A stretch of 63,998 bases of DNA, the filler included, from Basidiobolus ranarum (lineage: Eukaryota): the NCBI GenBank assembly GCA_040143965.1. It is 9 parts of 9 records of this genome, joined end to end, with 100 filler letters (N's around TTAATTAATTAA, not from the genome) between each part and the next. Parts side by side here need not be neighbours in the genome. Positions count along the whole stretch, not along the records: positions 1 to 7,133 come from JASJQH010008048.1; positions 7,234 to 14,360 come from JASJQH010008049.1; 7 more parts are not named here. One strand, 5' to 3'. Shown piece after piece: positions 1 to 13,934 of this stretch. The notes under the pieces were generated by a model. The model was not told the origin of the DNA. It made no database searches and saw only the letters and a program-made list of their open reading frames with translations. Made by a program: the position numbers and the translations under genes. The first letter of the stretch is position 1. Every line of letters starts with the position of its first letter.

Positions 1-3000
1 ATCATAATCGAGGATACGTCAGTCTGTGCTTTAGCAAGAACCAGCACTAAAAGCCAGAATAGAGCCACTACATAGTTGGTCAGAACGTGGATATATATAT
101 ATATTGGAATCGTGATAAGTATCAATAGCCTCTATGTTGCTGGAATTGCGTTTAACCTGATGGTTCTAACTTAAGATGTGTACAGGGCAAGCAATCAGCA
201 GAAGGCGCGATTCTTTTTTGTTGATGTCTTGTATCCGCCAAGTATGAAATACAGAAGACATGTGAAGGGCTTATATTAGCTGGAGTTGAAATTCTAACCC
301 AAATTCAGATGCCGAGCAGTCCGACAGACACCTTGTACAGCTATGGAGCTTGATGTCAGATTGACTCATCTTAGCACCAGCTTGGTTCAAGGACATGTAA
401 TTTAATCAGTTATGTAGCTCGACTTCATTGTCTACCCCCCAATGTATTCACGTGAAATTCAAATGCTCTATTGATCTCTATTATTGGAAGTCTCCTCACT
501 ACATACTATACATTGAGGTGGCAATGATGATCTACTTGCTCGATCTAATTAAAGTGAATTTAGGAATTGTTTATTCAAATATTGCCTTAGAAATGGGCGC
601 TAATCTAATGTACTGATCCTTGCTGAATGCGATGAAGCTGTTGTTCGTTTAAATTGCTCTTGTACTACGGAATTTCCACATCAATAGCTGCAAAAGAAGC
701 GATAGCTTTTGACAAGTACAAACTCCTAAAACACGGCTCAATAAAGTAAAATGTCTTGTGTGGTACAGAGACGGCGACATGTGAAAGCACATATGGTTGT
801 GATATTAGTGCTGGGGATCTAATAACCTCGCTAGAACTCGATGAGATTCTAAATTGGCTATCTTCACGTTAGGAAATTAGTCGAAAATCGTTCAAAAGAG
901 TGTATATATCTCCACTCGAGACTCTACCAGGACAGCATCAAAGAGAGTCAGCTTGAGATATCATTCTCGCAGCTTAGTTCTGTAACTTCTGTAATGCTCC
1001 TTCACCGGTTGTACAAGGTGTATTCCATAAGGATGATATCAACAGAAATTCACAGACCCCTTACTTCGTTGGCCAATAAAGGAAACCAACTGTTCTCCAT
1101 ACACTGAGGCAAGTGCAACGAGTAAACGTACAACAGCAACAATGATGATAAGAATCTAGATTCCATTCATAGGCGAAAACTATATCTTGACGGGATCAAC
1201 AAAGTCACATTTTCACGGATGTAGTATGTTATCCATTTCGCACAATCTGATTGATCTTCAGCCTTATAGAAGTTTCTATATCTAATATAAGTCCTTCGCT
1301 CAGAGCCGAACGTCCACTTGTACCTCTACTCAGACATATTCTCAGCTTCGGTGCCGCGTCATATATGAACGAGATACAATAGCCTAGTCAAGGCCCACTA
1401 CCGCTTAGAATGGATCGATCGATGATATACAGCCCCCAACTTCTTTCTGGAATCAGATCAAAGCAAGCCTTAGTATTGAATCCAACTTCGCTCCCCATAA
1501 GCTAGCAAGAAATAGAGCACACTAATCTCGAAAGTTGGATAAGTGTTCCACTAAAGTGAACACGAAATACTTGTTTTGCAAGCGGTTTATACTTTAAGAT
1601 ATATTCATCCCGCGATTTCTCCCCATTCGGCCATTTTCTTTCACCCTACTTCTGATTTGATCTGGTTATCGTTCTGCCACCTGTCCAGTCACCACAGGTG
1701 ATACGGAATGCCCTCACGAGTAATATTAATAGAATCCATATACGCTGTGAATATCAAACCAAGTTATGAAGCCTCATTCTATCGGCAGCAGGATTGGGCC
1801 CAATTCATTGGGGTAAAGTTTAAGAATATAGAGATGAAAGACTGCGATTCGCAAGGATCGTGACTGAAAAGTATATATTGTTGATCATTACTGGCTTTCC
1901 AGGATAGTTTAGAAAGCACAAGATTTAAAATAGGCACCGGGCTGATCATCCAGATGAACAAGCCAGGTTCTAGCGATCTACATTTCGAATGTGGCCTATT
2001 GACATTAAAACTTCCACGTTCGAGAGCGATTGAATTAAGCAAAGGCCATCTCAAGAAGGTGCGCACACATTTCATCGATTGATTGGTTGTGCATTTGGCC
2101 ACTAAGTACTAATGCAGTCTCATCAAGGCTGTCACAACGAATGGAAGTGCTTTTACGTAGGTTCTAGAGAAGCTGGAAATACAGATCCATTGCAGTTACG
2201 ATTCGAGAAGGGTCGTAGCTGGTAAATATTTCGCCTATGAAAGTCCGCTAGTAAAAGATAATCTACTTTTCAATGCCCTCCCATACTCCGACTGGTGTTG
2301 TGTCATTACGATTGAGCAGACAGTGGATTTCTAATTGTTCAACCAGCGACCAACTTACATGGGGAGTCGGCATATTTCAATGGCCCGGGAATCAGTATAT
2401 TGGACACTAGAAACCTAGCATATCAGCCGTGGATTGCATTTGTATTCAAAGGGTCGTAAGGATACGGATGCTAGTTATTGCTAATCAAATCCATCAAATG
2501 GCTGTCAACGAATGAGCGATCTTTCAGCATCTGCAAAGCGTGAAAGCTTAGGAGCCATCCATCACCCCCAAGGTGACAGACCCATGCGTGATGTTTGAAT
2601 ACCGATCTTCGCTCTATAGCCGCGATTGGATAAGGGAAGGTACCTTTTACCATGTAGCTTATTTGGCTTGATCCATCCTCTCATTTGCAGAGTTTTATAC
2701 CCATTTAAGTGGCACTTCTAGAGCTTTAACAAGGTTGTGTGAGATGTTGCTGCTTGAATGGCCACAAATCGACCAAATACGCTGACTCTTCCGCCAGATT
2801 GCGTTGACTATTGAATACGTGGTAAAAGCAATGAGTGGACATGATGAGGCTGCTTGGCACAATGGACGCGCGATCGTCAAGCTACCGAAATCTCAGGGAT
2901 CATGGATAAAACACGCATTGGTGATATTGATTAACTCAATTATACAGATCAATAACAATTCATACACCTGTAGCGAACAAGATCCACACGAACACTGTAT

Positions 3001-4698
3001 ATAAGCATCTTGAAATTTGCACTAGATCCGTTTCACATCACAATTAGTGGACGATGCACCGTAATATGAGAGGTCGATTATTACCACGATTGTTCAATTT
3101 GGTGGGTCAGAAATTAATGTCTTCACTAGTTTTGGCCAGAACTGTGATCACTGCTGCAAATGTAACCTTGCATTTTCACTCGGCTATGCACTGCAGTAGC
3201 ATGTCCATATTTTCTGTTCATTCGACAATATCACCCTGGAGAAGTGGGAATTTTAAGGAGACGGATCTTCGCGTTAATAAAAAAGAATCGTTCTGTAAAA
3301 TATACTCTGGCTAGCTCATCTCCGTGTGACAGGAATCTAGATAACAAGGGCTATTGGGTGGAGCATTTGCTTTAAACTGCTACAGTTTTATAAGATACAC
3401 GCTGGTTATGATAAGAGAGACCTTATCTGCGCCCTAAATTACTGAGGAATGTTTGTCGTGGTGAAATGCAAGTGTGATCTCTTGATACCCGAACAAGTGC
3501 ATGGTTTTACCTAGCCCATTGCAATGTGAAAAGCTCTGCAACCTTTAAGAACAAAGGGTGACACATACATCAGGATTCGTAAAGGTGGTATCGTAGTGGT
3601 GGGAGTGGATTAACGAACCATGAACCCATCTTTTAGAATATTACCTAATTGCATATGCCAGAATATTTACTTAATTGAGGTCGATGTTACGATTATCTAT
3701 CTTCCGAGTGATGCTCATCCCATATCTTCTGGAATGGCATAAAGATGTCGCAATCATGACCCTCAAGAAGACATCGGCCGCTACATTAGCTGCTCGGCAT
3801 AATCAAAAAATTACCTAATTGCGGTTCGAGCCAGGCAGTATGATGTAGGTAATACGCTTGAACAGAAAATGACGGGCCATACTGATCTCCAATCACTCCC
3901 AGTGCCCTTATGAAGCACCATCTATGTATACCCCTCTTACCCACTAAGGTGCAGAGCCCTCCACAAACTGCGGCTAGTCCTAGTGAGAATAAATGAGAAA
4001 TTCCCACCTTGGCTGATAGAATCGAATGTATACACCAAGCTTCCTAGAAATGGATTCACAGGCCGTATATTTTGGACTTCGTATCGTCGATCCCTTCTTC
4101 AGACTCTTAGTGTTGTATATTAATTTAGTTTGTCGATATGTTCTTCATGCGTAGAATGAAAATCAGTGTTCAGCTGTTGTGCATTAGATTGGCTCACTTG
4201 CTCCTTTTTATTAGTGACGATTATATATATATCCAACATAGTTCTCATTTGAAATAACAGAAAGAATCGTCAGTCTGTATCCCTCTGGTACATACGGTAA
4301 TACAGTAGCACAATCTGAGGAATTGGTGGACCCCCAAATATATTGATCCTATTCTATATGCCTTTACCAATCTCCAACAGCCTCGAAATGATATGAACTT
4401 TGATTCAATGTCGAGCCTGAAACATTGATGGCGGTCTAGCTCTGTAAACTAATCAAGGTTTCCGCGTCTGGTGGGGTTGTCCAATGAGGTTGGATTTTCT
4501 CAATGTGCTCTAATTATATAAAGGGTGTCCGTGAAGTAAACCCGTCGTCGCTCGTATCTGAGGACTATTCATTAAAGTATTTCACGGCTTACGATAGCTA
4601 CTAGCTATTTTCTCTTAACTTGTACACACCTCCCTCACACATCGTTGCAACTAGTGTTCGACAACTTCTTAGCAGGAGTCATTAATACTTTACCTAGA

Positions 4699-5776
4699 AT
4701 GCCCGCACCGCTCGATTATTTCACTCAGAAATCTCCTAGATCAGATATCATGGATAATGCATTTCAGTACGTGTTCTTTTCATCAATGATTACTACTTGC
4801 TCCCATTATACTAAAACATCACTCTCCTGCAGCTTTGACCTTGACTTCCCGCAAATGGATGAGACCTTGACCAGTTCGATAGACTCTTCCCGGGCTCAAG
4901 ATCTTGAGGCTTCATTCTGTCGAAATTTTGCTTGTTGTGGGCTTGTTTTAGAAAATTTACACGATTTACTGCAGCATTTTGAGGAATGTCACGTTAGACT
5001 GGAAGCTGAGGAATCCTCCCTGAATCCCTTATATGAAGAGGAATTTTCTACCTCTAGTGAGTCTGATACTACGTCGACACCTCCGTATGTTACCGACCAA
5101 GCTTCATTTTTATCTTTGGAGAGCTTACTACAGAGTGACATCACTAGCATGAGTGATATCTATTCCGAAGACAATAGCGGGCCTAATGAGAATTACTATT
5201 CCGCCGTTGATAATGCCATCATCAAGTCCCCCAGAACCAAGAATTCTCACAAACACGTTACTCCTGTCTCTTCCAAAAGAAAAATCACCATCCAGCCCCG
5301 GGAGATGTCCCTTACTTCCACCAGCCAGCCGGATGAATACCCTCATCTTTCAGTATTACTTTCCTCCACTCTTTTATCCAGTGCAGATAGTTTCTCGCAA
5401 GATGAAGAGCAACTGCCTCTTAATGACTCCAAGAAGCACAAACCTTGTCCACTTTTTGAGAAGCCATACAAATGTCTTGTTCCTGGATGCGACAAGACGT
5501 ACAAAAACCCAAATGGATTGAAATATCACACCCAGGTAATCCTTTACATGTACATAAATTAGTTTCTGATACTTTGCTGACATTTAAAACATTATCTAGC
5601 ACGGTCACTGCACCAATTCTGGGCAAAAGAAGAAAGACACTCCTATAGTTAAGCCGTATCATTGTGCCTATCCTGACTGCGGAAAAAGCTATAAGAACCT
5701 TAATGGGCTGAAATACCATATTGAGCATACACACGTGGTCGCCATTCCTACCGAAGCTTCATCTATATCACAATAA
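4699..5776 (+). CDS. SFP1: Sfp1-like C2H2 zinc-finger transcription factor (3 exons: 4699-4766, 4833-5535, 5600-5776)
   Basis: N-terminal FCRNFACCGLVLENLHDLLQHFEECH motif and paired fingers KPYKCLVPGCDKTYKNPNGLKYH / KPYHCAYPDCGKSYKNLNGLKYH, typical of Sfp1. GT-AG introns at 4767-4832 and 5536-5599; the second is needed to reach the last finger. TAA at 5774-5776. Confidence 0.88.
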
Positions 5777-7133
5777 GCCGAGTGCTAGTAATTCTACTAC
5801 CTAACGACAAACCAATTGTTGATAGTTATTTTTTGGTTTTCAATTTGAAGTCTTCTTGTAGTTCTATATTTAAATTCAGTTTGTTCAGTAGATCTTACTT
5901 GTTTTAGATGCTTCTGCTACTTTCGTCTAAAAGAGACGGAGAACCAACATTGTGGAGGGCGAAGCACATGAAAATTTTGAATCATTGTATTTTCTTTGGT
6001 TCTCGCTACTCTTATGTATATGTTGATGTTCTTCTGATGTACATACAACTTAGCATTGAAAACCCTCCCCCCATGCTCTTTCTTCATCGCGAAACCTTTT
6101 CGCTGTTACCATTTATGTGCTACTGTCAGAACCTTCGTACCTTTTCTCCAACGATATCTATCCTATATGTCATGAAATGTCGAAACCACTATCTTTTTGC
6201 TTCTCCAATGACGCATTATTTTGCAGATGAAAGTTTATTTTTATATTTCCAGCTTGATCAATCGATAAATATGTACGTAATGAAATTAAAGATTATCACT
6301 TGAAAGCCTGGTCCACATACATATGTTAACACTCTGTTGTAATCAGTATCGAACAAGGAAGATTTGTGAGTGAACCAGATGACACGCACTGTACTACATC
6401 GCAAGAGAGCCCAGCGAGAGCACGCCGCGTCCACATATAAATGTATCACACTATATCATTAAGGACAATACCTAATTCAGGACAATCTGAATCCCATCGA
6501 ACGATATATCTAGTATTCTTATGACCTCGATTCGTCCATGCTTGCCACGACACTTTCAGCATTCCATTTGCTACCTGACTTGGCAGCCTTTACGGATGAA
6601 GAGTGGGAATTGGTTACACTAAGAATTACTCACACTGTATGAGGTCCCTTTCACTGGCGAATTTAAACCTTTCCAACTGGGATTGCTCATTCATTCCATT
6701 ACATCTCAATGCTGAGAGATTTAGCATCATCACACAAGCTCTTCCATATCCTTTTTAGGCAGGCCTAGTCAGCTAGTCCAGGATCGACGTGACTACGCTT
6801 TCTACAACATTAAGGGAATAAAAGTGGAAATCAAATCGGAAATTTCGAAATTACTTGATTTTAAGGTTCCCTTTGATCGATAGAATCTCGACTTAAATCA
6901 TCAGATTGACTGAAATCACGAGCATGTTTACCAGAGGTTTTAATGCGAGGTAGATTGGTTGCTGCCATTACCATTTCATCATAATACGAAATTGGCCTTT
7001 TCTGGGATCCAACCGCTGTTGGCATCACGTATACTGCAACCAAGCGAGAGGGCCCTGGAAATATGGAACTACAGATGAGTAAGTGTCATGATCTGACATT
7101 GTGATAAAAAAGTCTAGGTTGAATCTGGTATGC

Positions 7134-7233
7134 NNNNNNNNNNNNNNNNNNNNNNNNNNNNNNNNNNNNNNNNNNNNTTAATTAATTAANNNNNNNNNNN
7201 NNNNNNNNNNNNNNNNNNNNNNNNNNNNNNNNN
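7134..7233. other. Artificial contig linker
   Basis: 44 N + TTAATTAATTAA (stops in all six frames) + 44 N. Confidence 0.99.
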
Positions 7234-7386
7234 ATTGAGAAGGAAAAGACTGAACCAATTCCATATGCTTATGGCTCTCGAGGACCCAAGGAAGTCGACT
7301 CCTTCGTGGAGAAATATGGATTTAAGAGGGATCAACAAGAATATAACTGGGACGATCCAGCAAACAAAACCAAACTCGAAGAGTAG
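7234..7386 (+). CDS. ZWF1: Glucose-6-phosphate dehydrogenase, C-terminal fragment (5' cut by contig edge)
   Basis: Frame from 7234 reads IEKEKTEPIPYAYGSRGPKEVDSFVEKYGFKRDQQEYNW...*. The PxPYxYGSRGP...YxW pattern is the G6PD C-terminus. Not in the ORF track. Confidence 0.85.
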   Translation: MEKEKTEPIPYAYGSRGPKEVDSFVEKYGFKRDQQEYNWDDPANKTKLEE

Positions 7387-7868
7387 AAAGAAGGCATTGA
7401 TCTGTTTGTATATTTTGATGTATACGTAACGTACATCCTGAAAATAAATAATTGACTGTAATCCAAGTCCACAACTGTTAAATGGTTAAAATTCCAGCAT
7501 ATATCTTTAATTCGTTTATAATCTTGCATGAACGACAAACTTCACATGCGAACGTGATTGTATAGAAGCGTAAGGAAGTATAATGATTACTATTTAGTGC
7601 TGTGTAGGTAGACGAAGAGGGAACTATTGTTATGAAAATCAAGGGATTTATACGAGTTTGGTAGATATATTTATGTATATGAACAACCTGTCACATACAC
7701 GCTTAACATGGGAATAGAGGATCAAAATCGAACTTTCGATGGAGTAAAGTCTAAGTCTTGTTTCATGCTGCACTGGGTCTGCCAAGCAAGGTGAGGGAAC
7801 ATAGCTTTGCTCCACATTCATAGGGAAATGAAAATGAATTACATGATTGTTGTGTATTATAACGACAA

Positions 7869-9560
7869 TCAAATATCAGAGGGCTTGCCGTGCGTATGCC
7901 CAAAGACCGATGCTTTTACCCTCTCACACATTAGTAATTCATCAGAATCTTGAAACAAAGTCCACATCCCTGGGTCCAGCCCTTCAAATACCTTATCTAC
8001 ACGTGTTTGAAACTTGGTTAAATTGGAAGAATAGGATGACTTCAGTGAGTCCGTACTGGACGTACGAGTAAATCCCAGATTGTGAGGAAGTTTTGCCCGA
8101 CCGGCTTTCACCTTCTCTGCGATTCGTTGACTTAAACGCTGAGTGGTCACATCTCTGATAAAAATCTTGATGATTTGATCTGGATACTGACGTGCTAATC
8201 CAGCGTAAAGTTCCATATCTAACTCACCCGAATCTCCGACTAAAATAAATTTGCGTTGGGGAAAGTCTTCAAGAATCTCCACAATTGCCTCACGTTTACC
8301 AACATCAGCAGGTTGCCATAGCTTTCCAATTCGATCCATTAGTTTCAAGTGGGCACTCCCAATAGGAAATGTATGTTGATGGAAGAAAGACTCCAAAGTA
8401 GGTAGAAGCTCCCAAGGCGAGTTACTCACATAATGTATGGATACTCCCTTTAGCCACCAGTAATGATAGATATTAGCCATACCAGATACGGATGTCAATT
8501 CTTTCAGAAACGTATTGGATAAAACGGCCTTAGCCCCAAGGAAGACGTTCGAATGTTTGATGGTATCATCAATATCGGAAATCACTGAAACACCTTCAGG
8601 TTCGATTAAATTTACAAATCCAAAGGATGTATCACCTACAATAAAGTTTGTTACTCGTTAGATATATGTTACGAAAAATATTAAAAGATATAATCCCAAG
8701 TATACCAAACCACTTACATAAATCATCTGCATCTGCACGGATTTTTAACAATTTCCTTACACCAGTTGGATCTAATATTCCCCAAGATTCCACCAAACTA
8801 CAAGGCACTGACATATTGGCAGAAAAATGTCCATTTATCGCTTTAGCTTCAGTATGAATAGCATTTTCTGGGGGTGGTTGGACGTCTTGTTTAGTATCCC
8901 CGCTAAGCATCATATGAGAAGCATACGAAAGACCAACTACAGAAATATTGAGGTCCAAATTTCGAGCATTAGAGGCCATGAACAAGCGAGCTCGAGTTTC
9001 TAAATTGAGATTGGTGTTGTGCTTTCTTGAGATACCAGCCAGTGTTCTTGCCAAACCTATATTCCAAATGGCATTAATACGCCAAATTATATTGAACTTT
9101 ACTATTACTTAATAAGCCACTAACTTAATACAAGTTTCTTTTTTCGGTTACCCTTGACAGAAAATGCCCAACCACGAATTCGAATGGTCCAGATAGGCTT
9201 ACCATTTTCACCTGTAACAGAATTTATAAATCAATTGAGGATACTTGGTAGGTTCTTCACTCAAATTTCATTACCTATTTCCCGTTTGGCATAGGAAGGA
9301 AACACAAGACATTCACGCTTTAAACGGGAGAGCACCTGCTGCTGCTGCTGGTCTATGTCAACCTTCTCCGCGTTAGTAAGGAGGTCTGGAGCGGAGCCTT
9401 TACTGTGCCAAGTTTGATAATTGGATGCGTATACTGGCGAGTTATTGACATGCATTGTAGACTCTAAAGGGAAAGTAGAAGAGCGTTTTGGTCTACTTGT
9501 AGATTGCGAGTGAGTGACAGTTGAGCTGGTATAGACATTTTCTTCAGTGTGAATTTCCAT
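7869..9560 (-). CDS. APP1: App1-family phosphatidate phosphatase (4 exons)
   Basis: GVSVISDIDDTIKHS (DxDDT), YVSNSPWELLP, FPQRKFILVGDSGELDMELY and IFIRDV motifs; upstream exon with IRIRGWAF; GT-AG introns link the ORF pieces. Confidence 0.88.
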
Positions 9561-11339
9561 ATTCAGGCTAGAACGGTAACTGCGTATGTATGTATAAGTG
9601 TCTGAGGGTATATAGAGATATTAATGGTCAATATAAACCTTGTCGGAGGTATTCTATTAATAGAGTAATATACAACAGTTAAAGTTGAAACTTTGAATGA
9701 GGAAATTGGAGGAATAAAGTAGTGACAAAGAATTGTAAATATAGGATTACCAAGAAACTGCATCATGAAGTTCGTCGGTGATTATATGCATACCACTTGA
9801 TCAGTCACCACCAGCCAGTCCATTCTATAGATCGATTTCACAATATCGAGGCGCTATGCATCCCAAGCTAGATGTAGTTGATTTGATCATTTATACCTTA
9901 ATTGTACATTTTAATAAGAAACAGGGCTTCCGAGTCAAGTGGCACAACCTTCAAGTAACAATAACAGCCACTAGAAATAATGACAAAGAAAGGTTAATTA
10001 GTCTCCTGAAAAAGCCATCCAGTCCTTGCTCATAAATAGCGCCGTTGCTAACTGTAATAAGTGAGATAAATTGCTCTACGTAAAAGGAAATAGGTTGATG
10101 ACATCTCTAGCCTCAAATGCTCAGTCACATGATCAGGAATGATAGTGACTACAGATAGTATAGCTTTATAGCGTAGGAGGCTCAATATCTAATAACCGCT
10201 TCATTCAACAATCCCAACGATGTGGAATTGGTTTTTACATTAGCAGGGTTTTAACTTGAATTGTGAGCAGGGTACCGCATGTTTGATGGAGAAACTAGAT
10301 TTCTTTCTCATCAATTAGAGGTTCTATTGAAATCTGGGGGAGCAAATGATCCACGCATTTATGTTCATGAAACGTGTAGAGTTTTACGCCATTACGGTTC
10401 CACCGACTGAGATAAACTACGTCTTTTGTACATAAATGGCTCCACATTGATCAGATCACCTACAAAGAATGAATGACGCTAATACTTGCAACCAACTATT
10501 GTAGCCAGAAAAGGACACCATTAGAACGAAGCCACCCTGGTTTCATTGAAATCATCATCTCCCATAGGATATGGGCGATGATACCTACATCAATCTGGAA
10601 ATAGCAACGAGAGCCGAAATTGGTATTTTATATGTATTGCAACGAAAGTGGCCTAAATCTGCTGGTCACAGGGACTAGCGTCGACGTTCAACCAACTTCT
10701 CGACAGGTACGCCAAACTTGCATGGAATAGCCACCACCTTGGCTGATCAATCGCAAGGCTGTTACGTATATCGGATTAGGTCTGCAAAAGATGGTATGAA
10801 TACAGATTGAACAGTGATACAAATGTTGGTAATTTATTGGTTTATTGAACCCCAGCGAAAGTCGTCAAATACTAGATATCTCACTTGAATGTGCCTGATA
10901 AGGAACTGTTTCGAATTGTGGTCTCAAGTAACCCTATGGTAGCCAGTCAGCAGTATTGAAGTTCTTATGTTACTTGGTCAACTCTGAGTTGGAGGTTTTA
11001 TACCCACCAATTGGTCCAGGTAAGCAGCAATGGGGGAACATAGCCAACCTATTTCTTATTTCGAACTCTGACGCTTGCCAACATTGAGCTACAAATAAAC
11101 CAATATGGATATAGCGTTGCCTGTTATATGAATGAAATCATTTCAACCACTGTGGGTTGAAAAGATATGTATTAAAAAAAGATTGGGATCACATGACTTG
11201 TTGTTCCTGAGTATTAATGGTTGTAGCATTTCTCGGTCGGGCTCGCTTCTTGATCTAAATAGTTAAGCTTCTTGCTGCCCTAGCTATATTTCAAACGTTC
11301 TAGCTTTATAGCTTGTGTTTTTTATTTAGTAACAATAAT

Positions 11340-13773
11340 ATGCCACCTCGAGCATTCGATCCTCGAAACCTACCTGAATCAGAAGAAGATATTGACTTCT
11401 CTGACATTGAAGCCCAATATTCTGTAGATGTCGAAGATGGTTTTGAAAATATCCTGGTGGTCGACAATGTACCCATTGTTGATGAAGCAAAAGCAGACAA
11501 GTTATTGAAGGTTATTTATAAGATCTTCAGGTCAGCTGGCATCAACCTCAGGGAAGGTTCCGTTTTTATGCCCAAAGAAGCTGATCCCAAGTCTGGAAAA
11601 ACCAAATCTAAAGGGTATGCATTTTTACAGTTGAATATCATAAACTTAAGAGAAAAGTGAGCTTAAAGTCATTTTTTTACAGTTTCTTGTTTGTTGAGAT
11701 GGAGGATACTGAAAAGGCTGCTTTGGCTGTAAAACATTTGAACAATTATGCTATGGATAAGACGCATATACTGTCGGTTAACAAATTTACCGACGTCGAG
11801 AAATATACTAACCTTGATGAAGAATACAAGGAGCCTGAAATTGAGCCCTTCGAAGAGAAGGTAAATCATGGTTTAGTTCTTATTCCCAAGCTTTCATATT
11901 AATTTTCTGTTCGGTTGGTCATTAGGAACACCTCCGCTCTTGGCTTACCGATCCACAAGCACGTGATCAGTGGGCCATGTACCGAGGTGAAGAAGTTAGT
12001 GTATTTTGGAATATGAAAACAGAAGCTCCTGAGCATGTGCACAGTAGACCAGTAAGTATAGTTTTTTACAAAAATACAAACATTGTAATCATCTGCTGTA
12101 ACATTGATTCTTTTTAGAACTGGACAGAAACCTACGTTCAATGGTCTCCGTTAGGTACACATCTCGTCACTTTCCATCGTCAAGGTATCGCACTTTGGGG
12201 TGGCAATAGTTGGAGTAAAACTGTCCGCTTCGTACACCCAGGAGTGAAATTAATCGATTTCTCGCCAAACGAGAATTATGTGGTTACTTGGAGTAATGAG
12301 CCTATTACTTTGAACGGTTCAGCTAATGACGGTTCGCTTCCATTCGGCCCTGAAGATGAGGGAAACCAAGTACTAATCTGGGATGTTAAAACTGGGGCAT
12401 TATTGCGTTCTTTCCCTAATATTTCTACTGGTGACGAGAAATCCGGGCCGACAAAAATCAATTGGCCTATGTTCAAATGGTCTTCTTCGGAAAAATATTT
12501 TGCCCGAGTTACCCCTGGGCAGATGATTTCCGTATATGAAGCACCTAGCATGGGCTTAGTCGATAAGAAAAGTATGAAGATTGACGGAGTGGTGGACTTT
12601 GAATGGTCACCTTCCGATGTCAAAGGGGCAGGTAATCAAAAACAAAGAGGAGACATCATCACTTATTGGACTCCAGAGGTTGGCAATCAACCAGCTAGGG
12701 TCACACTAGTGAATTTCCCTAATAGACAAATTATCCGTACTAAGAATTTGTTCAACGTCAATGGATGTAAGCTGCATTGGCATCCTCATGGGAATTATCT
12801 CTGTGTTAAAGTTGACCGCCACACCAAGACGAAGAAATCTACTTTCACCAACTTGGAGGTCTTCCGAGTTGCTGATAAAGATATTCCAGTTGATGTTATC
12901 GAAGTGCCCGACACAGTTATCGCCTTCGCATGGGAGCCAGTAAGTGAACCTAGATTTGGTGTTATTTCTACTGCTGATGCTAGTACAACTGCAACCGGTC
13001 AATCTGGTACTACGGCTAATACTCCCAGAACCAGTGTTAGCTTTTATAAAATGGAAAAAGGTAAGGGCAAGCTTGCTACCACCGAATTTAAGCTTATCAA
13101 AACCCTAGAGCGCAAGACCGCGAACGCAATGGTGTGGTCACCACGTGGACGTAACCTTGTACTTGCAACACTTCGTACTCAAACTACGTGGGATTTGGAA
13201 TTTTACGATATGGACTTCGAACCAATTGAAGCCAAAAAAGAACAAGTTGGTAGTGTTAGTGATCCAGGAGCATATATCAATCTTTTATCCACACAAGAGC
13301 ATTACGGAGTAACTGACATTGAGTGGGACCCCACCGGTAGATACGTTTTAACCAGTGCCAGTATGTGGAGACATACTATGGAGAATGGATTTATTGTATG
13401 GGACTTTAAGGGTAGCATGCTGTTCAAAAAGGTTCTAGATAAATTCAAGCAGATCTTGTGGAGGCCTAGACCTAAGTCATTACTTACCTCTGAGCAAAAG
13501 AAAAAGATCCGTAAGAATCTCAAGGATTACTCTCGTGAATTTGATCAGGAAGATTTATCTTCTCAGAATGCCATGTCTGCAGCAGTTATTGCTCAGCGTC
13601 GTAAACTCAACGAGGAGTGGTACTCTTGGAGGAGACTTGTTGAAGCCCAAGTTCTAGAAGAGAGAGCAAAATGTGGAAAGACTTTAGTTAGTATTGATAC
13701 CAAGAATGATGAAATCATTGAGGAGTGGGTCGAAGAGGTTATTGAAGAAATTGAAGAAGTTATTAATGAATGA
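11340..13773 (+). CDS. PRT1: Translation initiation factor eIF3 subunit b (4 exons)
   Basis: N-terminal RRM ([12 protein letters not shown]...KGFLFVEM), [34 protein letters not shown] and WRPRP motifs; three GT-AG introns. Confidence 0.96.
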
Positions 13774-13934
13774 AAATTCATGAATACACACTCGTCGAAT
13801 TCCTACCATTGAATTTTCACAAAATAAACATTCATCGTTTTTGGTTATTTACTTAAGCTTTATTTGCGATTTATTACTTTGCAAGTTGCAATCTTCGATT
13901 ATTTGTCAATACTACAGCTACAAAGAACTACAAA

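Noticed and set aside
3770-3845. tRNA-like T-loop GGTTCGAGCC
   Set aside because: No acceptor, D or anticodon stems can be folded around it
1-4400. Short ORFs upstream of SFP1
   Set aside because: No recognisable motifs, splice structure or repeats; treated as intergenic or unidentifiable decayed sequence
12276-13781. Antisense and alternate-frame ORFs overlapping eIF3b (likewise those over TIM44, the chitin deacetylase and DSK2)
   Set aside because: Shadow ORFs from codon bias of the real genes; no independent motifs
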